From a virus (lineage: Duplodnaviria; Caudoviricetes), in the IMG/VR virus record IMGVR_UViG_3300047157_000186: a stretch of DNA of 64,000 nt. One strand, written 5' to 3'. Below, in pieces: positions 9,467-18,771 of this stretch (its first letter is position 1; every line of letters begins with the position of its first letter). The notes beneath the pieces are model-generated. The model made no database searches and was not told the DNA's origin. It saw only the letters and a program-made list of their open reading frames with translations. The position numbers and the translations under genes were made by a program.

Positions 9467-12190
9467 ATGTCTCAATTGAAACTAAAACAAATACTTGACT
9501 TTTTATCTTCTTCACCAACAACAGGTGAGGTATTGTCATATAATTCAAGTACCGGAAAGTATGAAAACCAACAATTACCAAACACGTTTGGTCTTCCTTA
9601 TGTTTATAATAGCGCAACAAATCCCACGACAGTTTCTTCTGGTGATTTAGCGTTTGATAATCCTAGTAATCCTAGTAAAATAATTATAAGTGAAACTAAT
9701 GCTAGAGGTGGTTCTGCAACTGTAACATTAAATGCTGCAGTCGCTTCATCGAATAATTATAAATCTATTATTGTATTAGCAAAATCAACTGACGGTAATG
9801 CAAATAAATCATTCTATGTAACAGGAAACACAACTGCTTCTGGACAAAGAACATTTAGCTTACAACCTATTTCAAGTTCTAATTGGAACAATGTTAGTGA
9901 TAATGATTCTTTGTTTATGTTTATCCAACCTATCGGTGATGTTGGAACATCAGGAACTTCAGGATCAAATGGTTCAAGTGGAAGTTCAGGAACTAATGGA
10001 ACGAGCGGTGTAAGTGGAACTTCAGGTTCTTCAGGAACTAATGGATCAAGTGGATCTTCAGGAACTAATGGAACTTCAGGAACTGATGGAACTAGCGGAT
10101 CTTCAGGTTCAAGTGGAAGTTCAGGAACAGATGGAACTTCAGGAACGAATGGAACTTCAGGTACTAATGGATCAAGTGGATCTTCAGGAACTGATGGAAC
10201 AAGTGGAGTTAAAGGTGATCAAGGTGATAATTATAGTGGAGCAACTTTATCTGGGAATAATTTAATATTGACGCATTCTGTCAATGGAGCTGAAAATGTA
10301 GGTAGAGTAGTATATGTTGGAACTTCAGGAACTGATGGTTCAAGCGGAAGTTCAGGTTCAAGCGGATCTTCAGGAATTACAGGTACAATTGCAGTAGGAA
10401 CAGTATCTACTGGTTTAGAAAATACTCCAGTAAGTGTTACTAATACTGGAACATCAACTGCAGCAGAATTTGATTTTACTATTCCTGTTGGTGCAACTGG
10501 AGCAAAAGGTGCTCCTGGAACTCCAGCTATTAATGGAACTAGTGGATCTTCTGGATCTAGTGGTGTTAAAGGAGACAAAGGAGCTCCAGGTACAAGTGGT
10601 ACTGATGGAACTTCAGGAACTAACGGAAGTTCAGGAACTGACGGTTCAAGTGGAAGTTCAGGTTCAAGTGGAAGTTCAGGAACTGATGGAACTTCAGGAA
10701 CGAATGGAACTTCAGGAACGAATGGAACTTCAGGAACTGATGGATCAAGTGGTTCTTCTGGAACTGATGGAAGTTCAGGAACTGACGGAACTTCAGGAAC
10801 GAATGGAACTTCAGGAACGAATGGAACTAGCGGATCTTCAGGTTCAAGTGGAAGTTCAGGTACTGATGGAACTTCAGGAACTAATGGAACTTCAGGAACG
10901 AATGGAACTAGTGGAACTAATGGAAGTTCAGGTTCTTCAGGAACTGACGGAACTAGTGGAACTAACGGAAGTTCAGGAACTGATGGAACTTCTGGTACAA
11001 ATGGTACAAGTGGAACGAATGGAACAAACGGAAGTTCAGGTTCTTCAGGAACAAATGGAACAAACGGATCTTCAGGATCAAGTGGATCTTCAGGTGCACA
11101 AGGTAATCCAGGTTGGGGTGTTTCAATGCAAGGACAAGTAGCTACATCATCAAATTTACCAACATCTGGTAATTCAGATGGTGATGCATATATAGTACAA
11201 TCAGACGATTCTCTTTGGGTATTTACACAAGCAGACGGTTGGATTGGCGGTGGTTCTATTCAAGGACCAGCTGGTTCTTCAGGAACTAATGGAACAAATG
11301 GAAGTTCAGGTTCTTCAGGAACTGATGGAACTTCAGGATCAAGTGGAAGTTCAGGTACTGATGGAACTTCAGGAACGAATGGAACAAGTGGAACTGATGG
11401 AACTTCAGGATCAAGTGGATCAAGTGGAAGTTCAGGTACTGATGGAACTTCAGGAACGAATGGAACAAGTGGTACTGATGGAACTTCAGGATCAAGTGGA
11501 TCAAGTGGAAGTTCAGGTACTGACGGAACCTCAGGAACGAATGGAACTTCAGGTTCTTCAGGAACTGATGGAACAAGTGGAACTAATGGAACTTCAGGAT
11601 CAAGTGGATCAAGCGGAACTTCAGGAACGAATGGAACTAGTGGAACGAATGGAACTTCAGGAACGAATGGAACTTCAGGAACGAATGGAACTTCAGGTTC
11701 TTCAGGAACGAATGGAACAAACGGATCTTCTGGATCGAGTGGTTCTTCAGGTTCTTCAGGTCTAAAAGGTAATACTGGTACTTCTAATACCTATGCAACT
11801 GCGATGAATCAACATACAAAAACAGATTCAAATGTTGAGCATCATGATTTATATTTAACAGGTGCTTTAAAAAGAGATTTTATATCTGTTAACGGTGTTG
11901 GCGGTGTTTATGACATCAAACCTGATCAAGGTGACGCATTCGTATTTACAGCAACTGGTTTAATTGATATCACAATGTCTAATATAGGTTCTGACAACGT
12001 AGGTCAATCTGGAACTATAGTAATCATAAACGGTGCAGGTGCAGGATACAATGCATTACCATCTTATATGAAAACACCTTCAGGTGCTGACATTCAATGG
12101 GTAACTACTCAAGGTGCAGTATCTATTATATCGTATATTATAATAGATGTTGACGCTGTATTAGTTAACTACATTGGAAATTTTGCGTAA
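9467..12190 (+). CDS. Gly-X-Y repeat (collagen/polyglycine-like) fibre protein
   Basis: Four Gly-X-Y segments dominated by GTS/GTN/GTD/GSS, separated by short globular inserts; GATATATA at 9431-9438 upstream. Confidence 0.85.
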   Translation: MSQLKLKQILDFLSSSPTTGEVLSYNSSTGKYENQQLPNTFGLPYVYNSATNPTTVSSGDLAFDNPSNPSKIIISETNARGGSATVTLNAAVASSNNYKSIIVLAKSTDGNANKSFYVTGNTTASGQRTFSLQPISSSNWNNVSDNDSLFMFIQPIGDVGTSGTSGSNGSSGSSGTNGTSGVSGTSGSSGTNGSSGSSGTNGTSGTDGTSGSSGSSGSSGTDGTSGTNGTSGTNGSSGSSGTDGTSGVKGDQGDNYSGATLSGNNLILTHSVNGAENVGRVVYVGTSGTDGSSGSSGSSGSSGITGTIAVGTVSTGLENTPVSVTNTGTSTAAEFDFTIPVGATGAKGAPGTPAINGTSGSSGSSGVKGDKGAPGTSGTDGTSGTNGSSGTDGSSGSSGSSGSSGTDGTSGTNGTSGTNGTSGTDGSSGSSGTDGSSGTDGTSGTNGTSGTNGTSGSSGSSGSSGTDGTSGTNGTSGTNGTSGTNGSSGSSGTDGTSGTNGSSGTDGTSGTNGTSGTNGTNGSSGSSGTNGTNGSSGSSGSSGAQGNPGWGVSMQGQVATSSNLPTSGNSDGDAYIVQSDDSLWVFTQADGWIGGGSIQGPAGSSGTNGTNGSSGSSGTDGTSGSSGSSGTDGTSGTNGTSGTDGTSGSSGSSGSSGTDGTSGTNGTSGTDGTSGSSGSSGSSGTDGTSGTNGTSGSSGTDGTSGTNGTSGSSGSSGTSGTNGTSGTNGTSGTNGTSGTNGTSGSSGTNGTNGSSGSSGSSGSSGLKGNTGTSNTYATAMNQHTKTDSNVEHHDLYLTGALKRDFISVNGVGGVYDIKPDQGDAFVFTATGLIDITMSNIGSDNVGQSGTIVIINGAGAGYNALPSYMKTPSGADIQWVTTQGAVSIISYIIIDVDAVLVNYIGNFA

Positions 12191-12215
12191 TAATAGAATA
12201 AATTAGAGGAACAAT

Positions 12216-15200
12216 ATGAAGAATATAGGATTTTCAAGAATCGACTTTTGGAGTACCGGAAGTGCACAGAATACATCTAAGGGTACACTTGTAGCTAAGA
12301 ATACTACTTGGGCTACTTCTAAAACTACATCTGAAAATAGAAATACTTCGAGAACTACTGAAAAGGTACGTAATACTAGTCAATCTACAACAACAACGTG
12401 GATAACTACATGGTCAACTAGTAAATCAACTACAACAACTTTCAATACATCTCGTAGTACTAGTACTGTATATGCAACTTCAAGATCAACGACAACATCA
12501 TGGACAACATCATGGAACACATCTAGAGAAACATCTTTAGAAACTGATAGAACTACAACAACAACATGGTCGACTTCTAAAAACACGTCGCAATCAACTG
12601 AGAGAACTACAACTACTACATGGACAACTAGTTGGACAACTAGTCAATCTACATTGTACCCTGTTGAAACTACTTGGAACACAAGTCAATCCACATCTAG
12701 AACGACAACTACAGTATACACTACATATTGGACCACTTCTTGGAATACAAGTAAATCAACGATTACTTCTTATATTACTACATATACAACAACGTGGTCA
12801 ACTACTAGAGCTACGACAACGTCATATAATACAACTTGGACAACTAGTAAATCGACAACTAGATCTACTAGTCGTGACACTACAACAACTTTTAATACAA
12901 ATCAGTCAACGTCTAGAAGCACAACGACTGTATATAATACAACTTGGATTACAAGTCAGACAACGTCTAGAAGTACTGAACATTCAACAATAACTAAATT
13001 TAGTACAAGTCAGTCAACGTCTCATTCGACAACGACCGTATATAATACAACTTGGATTACAAGTCAGACAACAAGTAGAGGAACAGAACATTCGACAACG
13101 ACTACGTTTAATACAAGTCAGTCAACTACTAAATCTACGACGACTACATTTACAACAACATGGTCAACTAGCAAATCAACTTCTAGATCTACTACTAAAT
13201 CGACAACGACAACGTTTAATACAAACCAATCGACAAGTAGATCCACTAAAACAACATGGACTACTACTTGGTCGACTAGTAAATCAACATCTAAAGGAAC
13301 TACAAGAAATACCACAACAACATGGGTAACAAGTAGACCAACTGAACATACAACGACAACTACATTTAATACGACGTGGTCAACTAGTAAATCGACAACT
13401 ACTACTTTTAACACTACATGGAAAACTTCATGGAACACAACTAGAAGTACTAATCGTTCTACAACAACTACATTCAATACTAGTCAATCAACTTCGCATT
13501 CTACAACAACTGCGTGGACAACTACTTGGGTGACAAGTCAAGGAACTAGTAGAGAAACAAGTAAGAATACAACAACTAGATTTATTACTAGTAGAAGTAC
13601 AGAACATGTCACTACTACGACGTTTAATACAACATGGGCAACTAGTAAATCTACTACAACTTCATGGACTACAACTTTTGGTACAACTTTCAATACAACT
13701 AGATCTACTAATAAAAGTACAACGACTACGTTTAATACAACATGGTCAACTAGTAGAGCAACAACAACTTCATGGACAACTTCATGGAACACAACTGTAC
13801 TGACTTCCAGATCTACTTATAAAAACACAACGACTACGTTTAATACAACATGGTCAACTAGCAGATCGACAACGACAACGTTTAATACGACTAGATCAAC
13901 TACGACTACATTTAATACAAGTCAATCAACTAATAAGAATACAACAACTAGTTGGAATACGACTAGATCAACGACAACGACTTGGAACACAACTAGGGCT
14001 ACGACGACTGTATATAATACATCATGGAATACAACTAAGTCAACGACGACTACGTTCAATACAACTAGGTCAACAACAACGACGTTTAATACAAATAAGT
14101 CAACGACAACTGTATTTAATACATCTTGGAATACAACTAGATCTACTACAACTACATTTGCAACCAGTAAATCGACAACAACAACATTTGTAACTAGTAG
14201 AGGTACAGAACATTCGACAACAACAACTTATAATACAACTAGATCTACATCAACTAGTTGGAATACAACTAAGTCAACAACGACTGTGTATAATACTTCA
14301 TGGAATACAACTAAGTCAACGACAACAACGTTTTCAACTAGTAAATCGACGACAACAACGTTTTCAACTAGCCAATCAACTAATAAGAATACGACAACAA
14401 CGTTTAATACGACTAGATCTACATTAACTACATGGATTACAAGTAGATCAACTGAACGTGTGACAACAACAACATGGAATACAACGCGTTCAACAACGAC
14501 TACGTTTAATACAACGCGTTCAACAACGACTACGTTTGCAACTAGTAAATCTACAACGACTACGTTTAATACATCTTGGAATACAAGTAAGAATACAACA
14601 ACAACGTTTGCAACGAGTAAATCCACTAGAACTACTTGGACAACTTCATGGAACACTGCGCGAAATACAACGACAACATGGAATACAACTAAGTCAACGA
14701 CAACTACGTTTGCAACAAGTAGAGGTACATCACGTGCTACGACAACAACATGGATAACTAGTAAGAATACAACGACAACGTTTGCAACTAGTAAATCTAC
14801 AACGACAACGTTTGCAACTAGTAAATCTACGACAACAACATATAAAACAAGTTGGAATACTGCAATATCAACGACAACAACATTTGCCACGTCTAGAGTA
14901 ACTGATAGAAATACTAGTAAATCGACAACAACAACGTTTAATACTGGATACTCTAGATCAACAACTAAATCAACATCATGGAGTACATTAGTTCCTGCAG
15001 ATAATAGTTCAGGTGGAGGTGCAGGTGTTTTGACTTATTGGAACACAACAGTTACATATAACACATCTTTTTCAACCGCGTTATACGTCAATACATCTAG
15101 AGGAACTTCTAGAAACACTGTTGAAGAATGTATAGTTGAAGGAACACTAGTTCATATTGCCGAAGGTGAACAAAGACTAGTTGAAACTTTAGTACATGGT

Positions 15201-15665
15201 CAAAGTATTTTAACTATGGATGGATCGTTTAATGTAGATAACGTTAGTGATTTAAGTCTTATCAGAGAAGAAGAAGTATACACGAATTCATTATCTAATG
15301 AACATACTGCTGTAAATATTTGGAGAGCAGATGTTATAGGAACGGTTAATATAAATGACGGACAATTAAGAACTACCATGGGACACATACACATCATAAA
15401 AAGAGATGGTGAGTGGCAAGCAAGGACAGCGGATCAGTTAGAAATTGGTGATGTTATGTTTAAGCTTGACTATGGAGAATTTTTGATAGAGTCTTTAGAA
15501 ATGGATGAAGTTAATCAATATACAGTTTATAAATTAGACGTAGAACCTAACGATACATTCTTTGCAAATGGAATTTTAACACATAATAAAAAAGATGCAT
15601 TATGTTCACACGAGGATAAATGTACGCGAGGGCATCCATGTGAGGATAGATTTTACCCTTGTTAA
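12216..15665 (+). CDS. giant Thr-rich repeat protein with C-terminal Hint (intein-like) domain
   Basis: About 900 aa of STTTT(F/W)NT(T/S)(R/K)-type repeats, then CIVEGTLV...TTMGH...VYKLDVEPNDTFFANGILTHN and a 25-aa Cys-rich tail. Confidence 0.85.
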   Translation: MKNIGFSRIDFWSTGSAQNTSKGTLVAKNTTWATSKTTSENRNTSRTTEKVRNTSQSTTTTWITTWSTSKSTTTTFNTSRSTSTVYATSRSTTTSWTTSWNTSRETSLETDRTTTTTWSTSKNTSQSTERTTTTTWTTSWTTSQSTLYPVETTWNTSQSTSRTTTTVYTTYWTTSWNTSKSTITSYITTYTTTWSTTRATTTSYNTTWTTSKSTTRSTSRDTTTTFNTNQSTSRSTTTVYNTTWITSQTTSRSTEHSTITKFSTSQSTSHSTTTVYNTTWITSQTTSRGTEHSTTTTFNTSQSTTKSTTTTFTTTWSTSKSTSRSTTKSTTTTFNTNQSTSRSTKTTWTTTWSTSKSTSKGTTRNTTTTWVTSRPTEHTTTTTFNTTWSTSKSTTTTFNTTWKTSWNTTRSTNRSTTTTFNTSQSTSHSTTTAWTTTWVTSQGTSRETSKNTTTRFITSRSTEHVTTTTFNTTWATSKSTTTSWTTTFGTTFNTTRSTNKSTTTTFNTTWSTSRATTTSWTTSWNTTVLTSRSTYKNTTTTFNTTWSTSRSTTTTFNTTRSTTTTFNTSQSTNKNTTTSWNTTRSTTTTWNTTRATTTVYNTSWNTTKSTTTTFNTTRSTTTTFNTNKSTTTVFNTSWNTTRSTTTTFATSKSTTTTFVTSRGTEHSTTTTYNTTRSTSTSWNTTKSTTTVYNTSWNTTKSTTTTFSTSKSTTTTFSTSQSTNKNTTTTFNTTRSTLTTWITSRSTERVTTTTWNTTRSTTTTFNTTRSTTTTFATSKSTTTTFNTSWNTSKNTTTTFATSKSTRTTWTTSWNTARNTTTTWNTTKSTTTTFATSRGTSRATTTTWITSKNTTTTFATSKSTTTTFATSKSTTTTYKTSWNTAISTTTTFATSRVTDRNTSKSTTTTFNTGYSRSTTKSTSWSTLVPADNSSGGGAGVLTYWNTTVTYNTSFSTALYVNTSRGTSRNTVEECIVEGTLVHIAEGEQRLVETLVHGQSILTMDGSFNVDNVSDLSLIREEEVYTNSLSNEHTAVNIWRADVIGTVNINDGQLRTTMGHIHIIKRDGEWQARTADQLEIGDVMFKLDYGEFLIESLEMDEVNQYTVYKLDVEPNDTFFANGILTHNKKDALCSHEDKCTRGHPCEDRFYPC
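15129..15587 (+). other. Hint / bacterial intein-like domain, no homing endonuclease
   Basis: Cys1, block B TxxH (TMGH), block F (VYKLDVEPNDTFFANGI) and terminal His-Asn; about 153 aa. Confidence 0.85.
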
Positions 15666-15724
15666 TAGAGAATAATCTAGAAGATAAAGAAATGAAATAT
15701 ATAAAAAAATAACAGAGATAGAAA

Positions 15725-18649
15725 ATGCCTACTACTTATTTTAATACAACATGGTTAACTGCTGGCTCTAGAAATACGTACGTATCTACTACAAAGACTA
15801 GGTCTACTTCCAGATACACGTCATATAATAGGGTAACTTCGAGAAATACGGCGAAGACTACATATTGGAACGTAAGTACAAGTAAGGCAACGACAACATC
15901 ATGGACTACTAAAGTTACTACTTCATGGAACACAACTAGGGGAACAACGACATCGAGAAGCACAAACCAACAAACATCTCATGCAACAACAACTACATGG
16001 AATACAACTAGAGCTACAACGACTACATGGAATACAACTAGAACAACCGAAACAAAATGGAACACAACTAAGTCAACGACTACATCATTTAATACATCTT
16101 GGAATACAACTCGAGCTACAACTACAACGTTTGCAACTAGTAAGGCAACGGCAACAACATTTAGTACAAGTCAGTCAACTGCTAAAGACACAACGACAAC
16201 ATGGAATACAACTAGAGCAACATTAACAACATGGGTCACAAGTAGATCAACTGAACGTGCTACGACAACAACATGGAATACAACTCGAGCTACGACAACA
16301 ACGTTCAATACAACTCGTGCAACGACAACTACATTTGCAACTAGTAAATCGACAACGACTGTATTTAATACATCTTGGAATACAAGTAAGAATACGACTA
16401 CTACATTTGCAACTAGTAAATCCACTAGAACTACTTGGACAACTTCATGGAATACAACTCGAGCTACAACTACAACGTTTAATACAACTCGAGCTACAAC
16501 TACCACGTGGTCTACAAGTCAGTCAACGTCTCATTCGACAACGACTACGTTTGTAACTAGTAAAAATACAACGACTACGTTTAAAACTAGTAAATCAACG
16601 ACTACATCGTATAACACATCTTGGAATACAACTAGGTCAACGACAACAACGTTTAATACTTCCAAGTCAACAACGACTACGTTTATAACTAGTAGGTCAA
16701 CAGAGCGTGTTACTACAACTACATGGGCAACTAGTAAATCTACGACTACTACATTTGCAACAAGTAAATCTACTACAACAACATTTGTAACTAGTAGAGG
16801 AACAGAACATTCCACGACTACTACATTTGCAACTAGTAAATCGACAACAACTACGTTTATAACTAGCCAGTCAACTAGAACTACTTGGACTACAACATGG
16901 TCAACTAATAGATCAACGACAACAACGTTCAATACAACTCGTGCAACGACAACTACATTTAACACAAGTCAATCGACAAGTAAATCCACTAAAACAACAT
17001 GGACAACTTCTTGGAATACTGTCAGAGGAACTAGTAAAGTAACTAGTAAATCGACAACGACTACGTTTAACACAAGTCAATCGACGAGTAGAGCAACTAC
17101 AACAACATGGACTACTACTTGGGCAACATCAAGAAATACAACTAGAGGAACTAGTAAAACGACAACGACTACGTTTAACACAAGTCAATCGACTGAAAGA
17201 GAAACGACTACTGTTTATAACACGTCATGGAACACAACGAGAACTACGATAACTTCATACACTACTTCATGGACTACTTCATGGAATACAAGTAGAGGCA
17301 CATCGAAAACTACAACAACAGTTTATAATACATCATGGTCAACTAGTAAATCAACTGTAACTACATTCAATACTACTTGGATAACAAATCAGAATACAAC
17401 GAGATCTACTTCTAGAACAACAACTACTACTTTTAATACAAGTCAGTCAACTTCTAGAACAACGACTACGTCGTATAACACATCTTGGAACACTACAAGA
17501 TCCACTGAAACTGCATGGACTACTTCATGGGTGACAACGTTTAATACAAACAGGTCAACGTATAAAAATACAACGACTACGTTTACAACAACATGGTCAA
17601 CTAGTAAATCTACAACGACTACGTTTACAACTACGTTCACAACAACGTTTAATACTAATCAGTCAACAAGTAAATCTACAACGACTACATTTAATACAAC
17701 GTGGTCAACTAGTAGAGCAACGACTACGAGTTATACAACTTCATGGACTACTTCATGGAACACAACTAGAGGAACAGAACATGTGACTACTACTGTTTAT
17801 AACACGTCATGGAACACAACTAGATCGACAACTACAGTTTACAATACTTCATGGACAACTTCATGGAACACAACTAGAGGAACAGAACATTCGACTACGA
17901 CTACGTTTACAACAACATGGTCAACTAGTAAATCAACTGTAACTACGTTCAACACTACTTGGACTACGTCATGGAACACAACTTATGGAACGTCTCATTC
18001 AACTACGACAACGTTTAATACGTCTCAGTCTACAAATCATGGAACGTCTCATTCGACAGTAACTATATGGAGTACATCTAGAGGAACTAACAAAGGAACA
18101 GAACACGCAACGACAACTGCATGGACAACGACTTGGGAAACTAGTAGAATTACGAACTATTCACGTACGACATCATGGACTACGCAATATCAAACTAGTC
18201 AGTCAACGGTAACTACATTTAACACAACGTGGTTAACAACATTTAATACCAATCAGTCAACAACAACTGCATGGGTGACATCGTGGGTGACAACATTTAG
18301 TACGTCTCAAACAACGTCTAAAACGACAACGACTACATTTAACACAAGTCACTCGACAACGACAACGTTTAATACGACTAGATCAACTACGACTACATTC
18401 AATACGAATGCAGCTACATCTAAATCGACAACGACAACGTGGTCAACTATTTATAGTGTTACTACTTCGTGGAATACTGCATGGAACACAACAACAACGT
18501 GGAACACGACGAGATCTACAACAAGTGCTATTACTACAACGTGGAGTACAGATTACGAAGTGCAAGAAACTTGGTATTCAACTAACGCACCATTAGATGT
18601 TTATAATACAAATAGACAATGGAGAGTAAACAGTTATAACGGTAACTAG
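15725..18649 (+). CDS. giant Thr-rich repeat protein, paralogue of 12216..15665
   Basis: Same 10-residue-type Thr/aromatic/basic repeat over nearly the whole 974 aa; AATATATA at 15696-15703 upstream. Confidence 0.85.
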   Translation: MPTTYFNTTWLTAGSRNTYVSTTKTRSTSRYTSYNRVTSRNTAKTTYWNVSTSKATTTSWTTKVTTSWNTTRGTTTSRSTNQQTSHATTTTWNTTRATTTTWNTTRTTETKWNTTKSTTTSFNTSWNTTRATTTTFATSKATATTFSTSQSTAKDTTTTWNTTRATLTTWVTSRSTERATTTTWNTTRATTTTFNTTRATTTTFATSKSTTTVFNTSWNTSKNTTTTFATSKSTRTTWTTSWNTTRATTTTFNTTRATTTTWSTSQSTSHSTTTTFVTSKNTTTTFKTSKSTTTSYNTSWNTTRSTTTTFNTSKSTTTTFITSRSTERVTTTTWATSKSTTTTFATSKSTTTTFVTSRGTEHSTTTTFATSKSTTTTFITSQSTRTTWTTTWSTNRSTTTTFNTTRATTTTFNTSQSTSKSTKTTWTTSWNTVRGTSKVTSKSTTTTFNTSQSTSRATTTTWTTTWATSRNTTRGTSKTTTTTFNTSQSTERETTTVYNTSWNTTRTTITSYTTSWTTSWNTSRGTSKTTTTVYNTSWSTSKSTVTTFNTTWITNQNTTRSTSRTTTTTFNTSQSTSRTTTTSYNTSWNTTRSTETAWTTSWVTTFNTNRSTYKNTTTTFTTTWSTSKSTTTTFTTTFTTTFNTNQSTSKSTTTTFNTTWSTSRATTTSYTTSWTTSWNTTRGTEHVTTTVYNTSWNTTRSTTTVYNTSWTTSWNTTRGTEHSTTTTFTTTWSTSKSTVTTFNTTWTTSWNTTYGTSHSTTTTFNTSQSTNHGTSHSTVTIWSTSRGTNKGTEHATTTAWTTTWETSRITNYSRTTSWTTQYQTSQSTVTTFNTTWLTTFNTNQSTTTAWVTSWVTTFSTSQTTSKTTTTTFNTSHSTTTTFNTTRSTTTTFNTNAATSKSTTTTWSTIYSVTTSWNTAWNTTTTWNTTRSTTSAITTTWSTDYEVQETWYSTNAPLDVYNTNRQWRVNSYNGN

Positions 18650-18667
18650 AAATAACTCAATTAATTT

Positions 18668-18697
18668 AAAAAGCATACTTCGGTATGCTTTTTTTTT
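18668..18697 (+). terminator. Rho-independent terminator with UUCG loop
   Basis: AAAAAGCATAC-TTCG-GTATGCTTTTTTTTT. Confidence 0.9.
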
Positions 18698-18771
18698 GCT
18701 CTAAAATAAATGAGATAAATAATTAAACAAACACAGATTATTGTGTATAACTATTAAATTACTTTTTATAT

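Noticed and set aside
10014-11765. Alternative-frame and minus-strand ORFs in the second Gly-X-Y gene
   Set aside because: Same repeat-shadow effect.
15129-15587. Mobile intein with homing endonuclease
   Set aside because: Only about 153 aa, no LAGLIDADG/HNH motif, +1 residue is Lys, and it is not inserted in a conserved enzyme.
12380-18596. Val-rich minus-strand and Gln/Leu-rich plus-strand ORFs within the Thr-rich genes
   Set aside because: The reverse complement of ACN codon runs gives poly-Val; these lie fully inside longer ORFs with coherent protein-level patterns.
12216-18649. Diversity-generating retroelement template/variable repeat pair
   Set aside because: No reverse transcriptase in the window, and differences between shared blocks did not look adenine-specific by eye.
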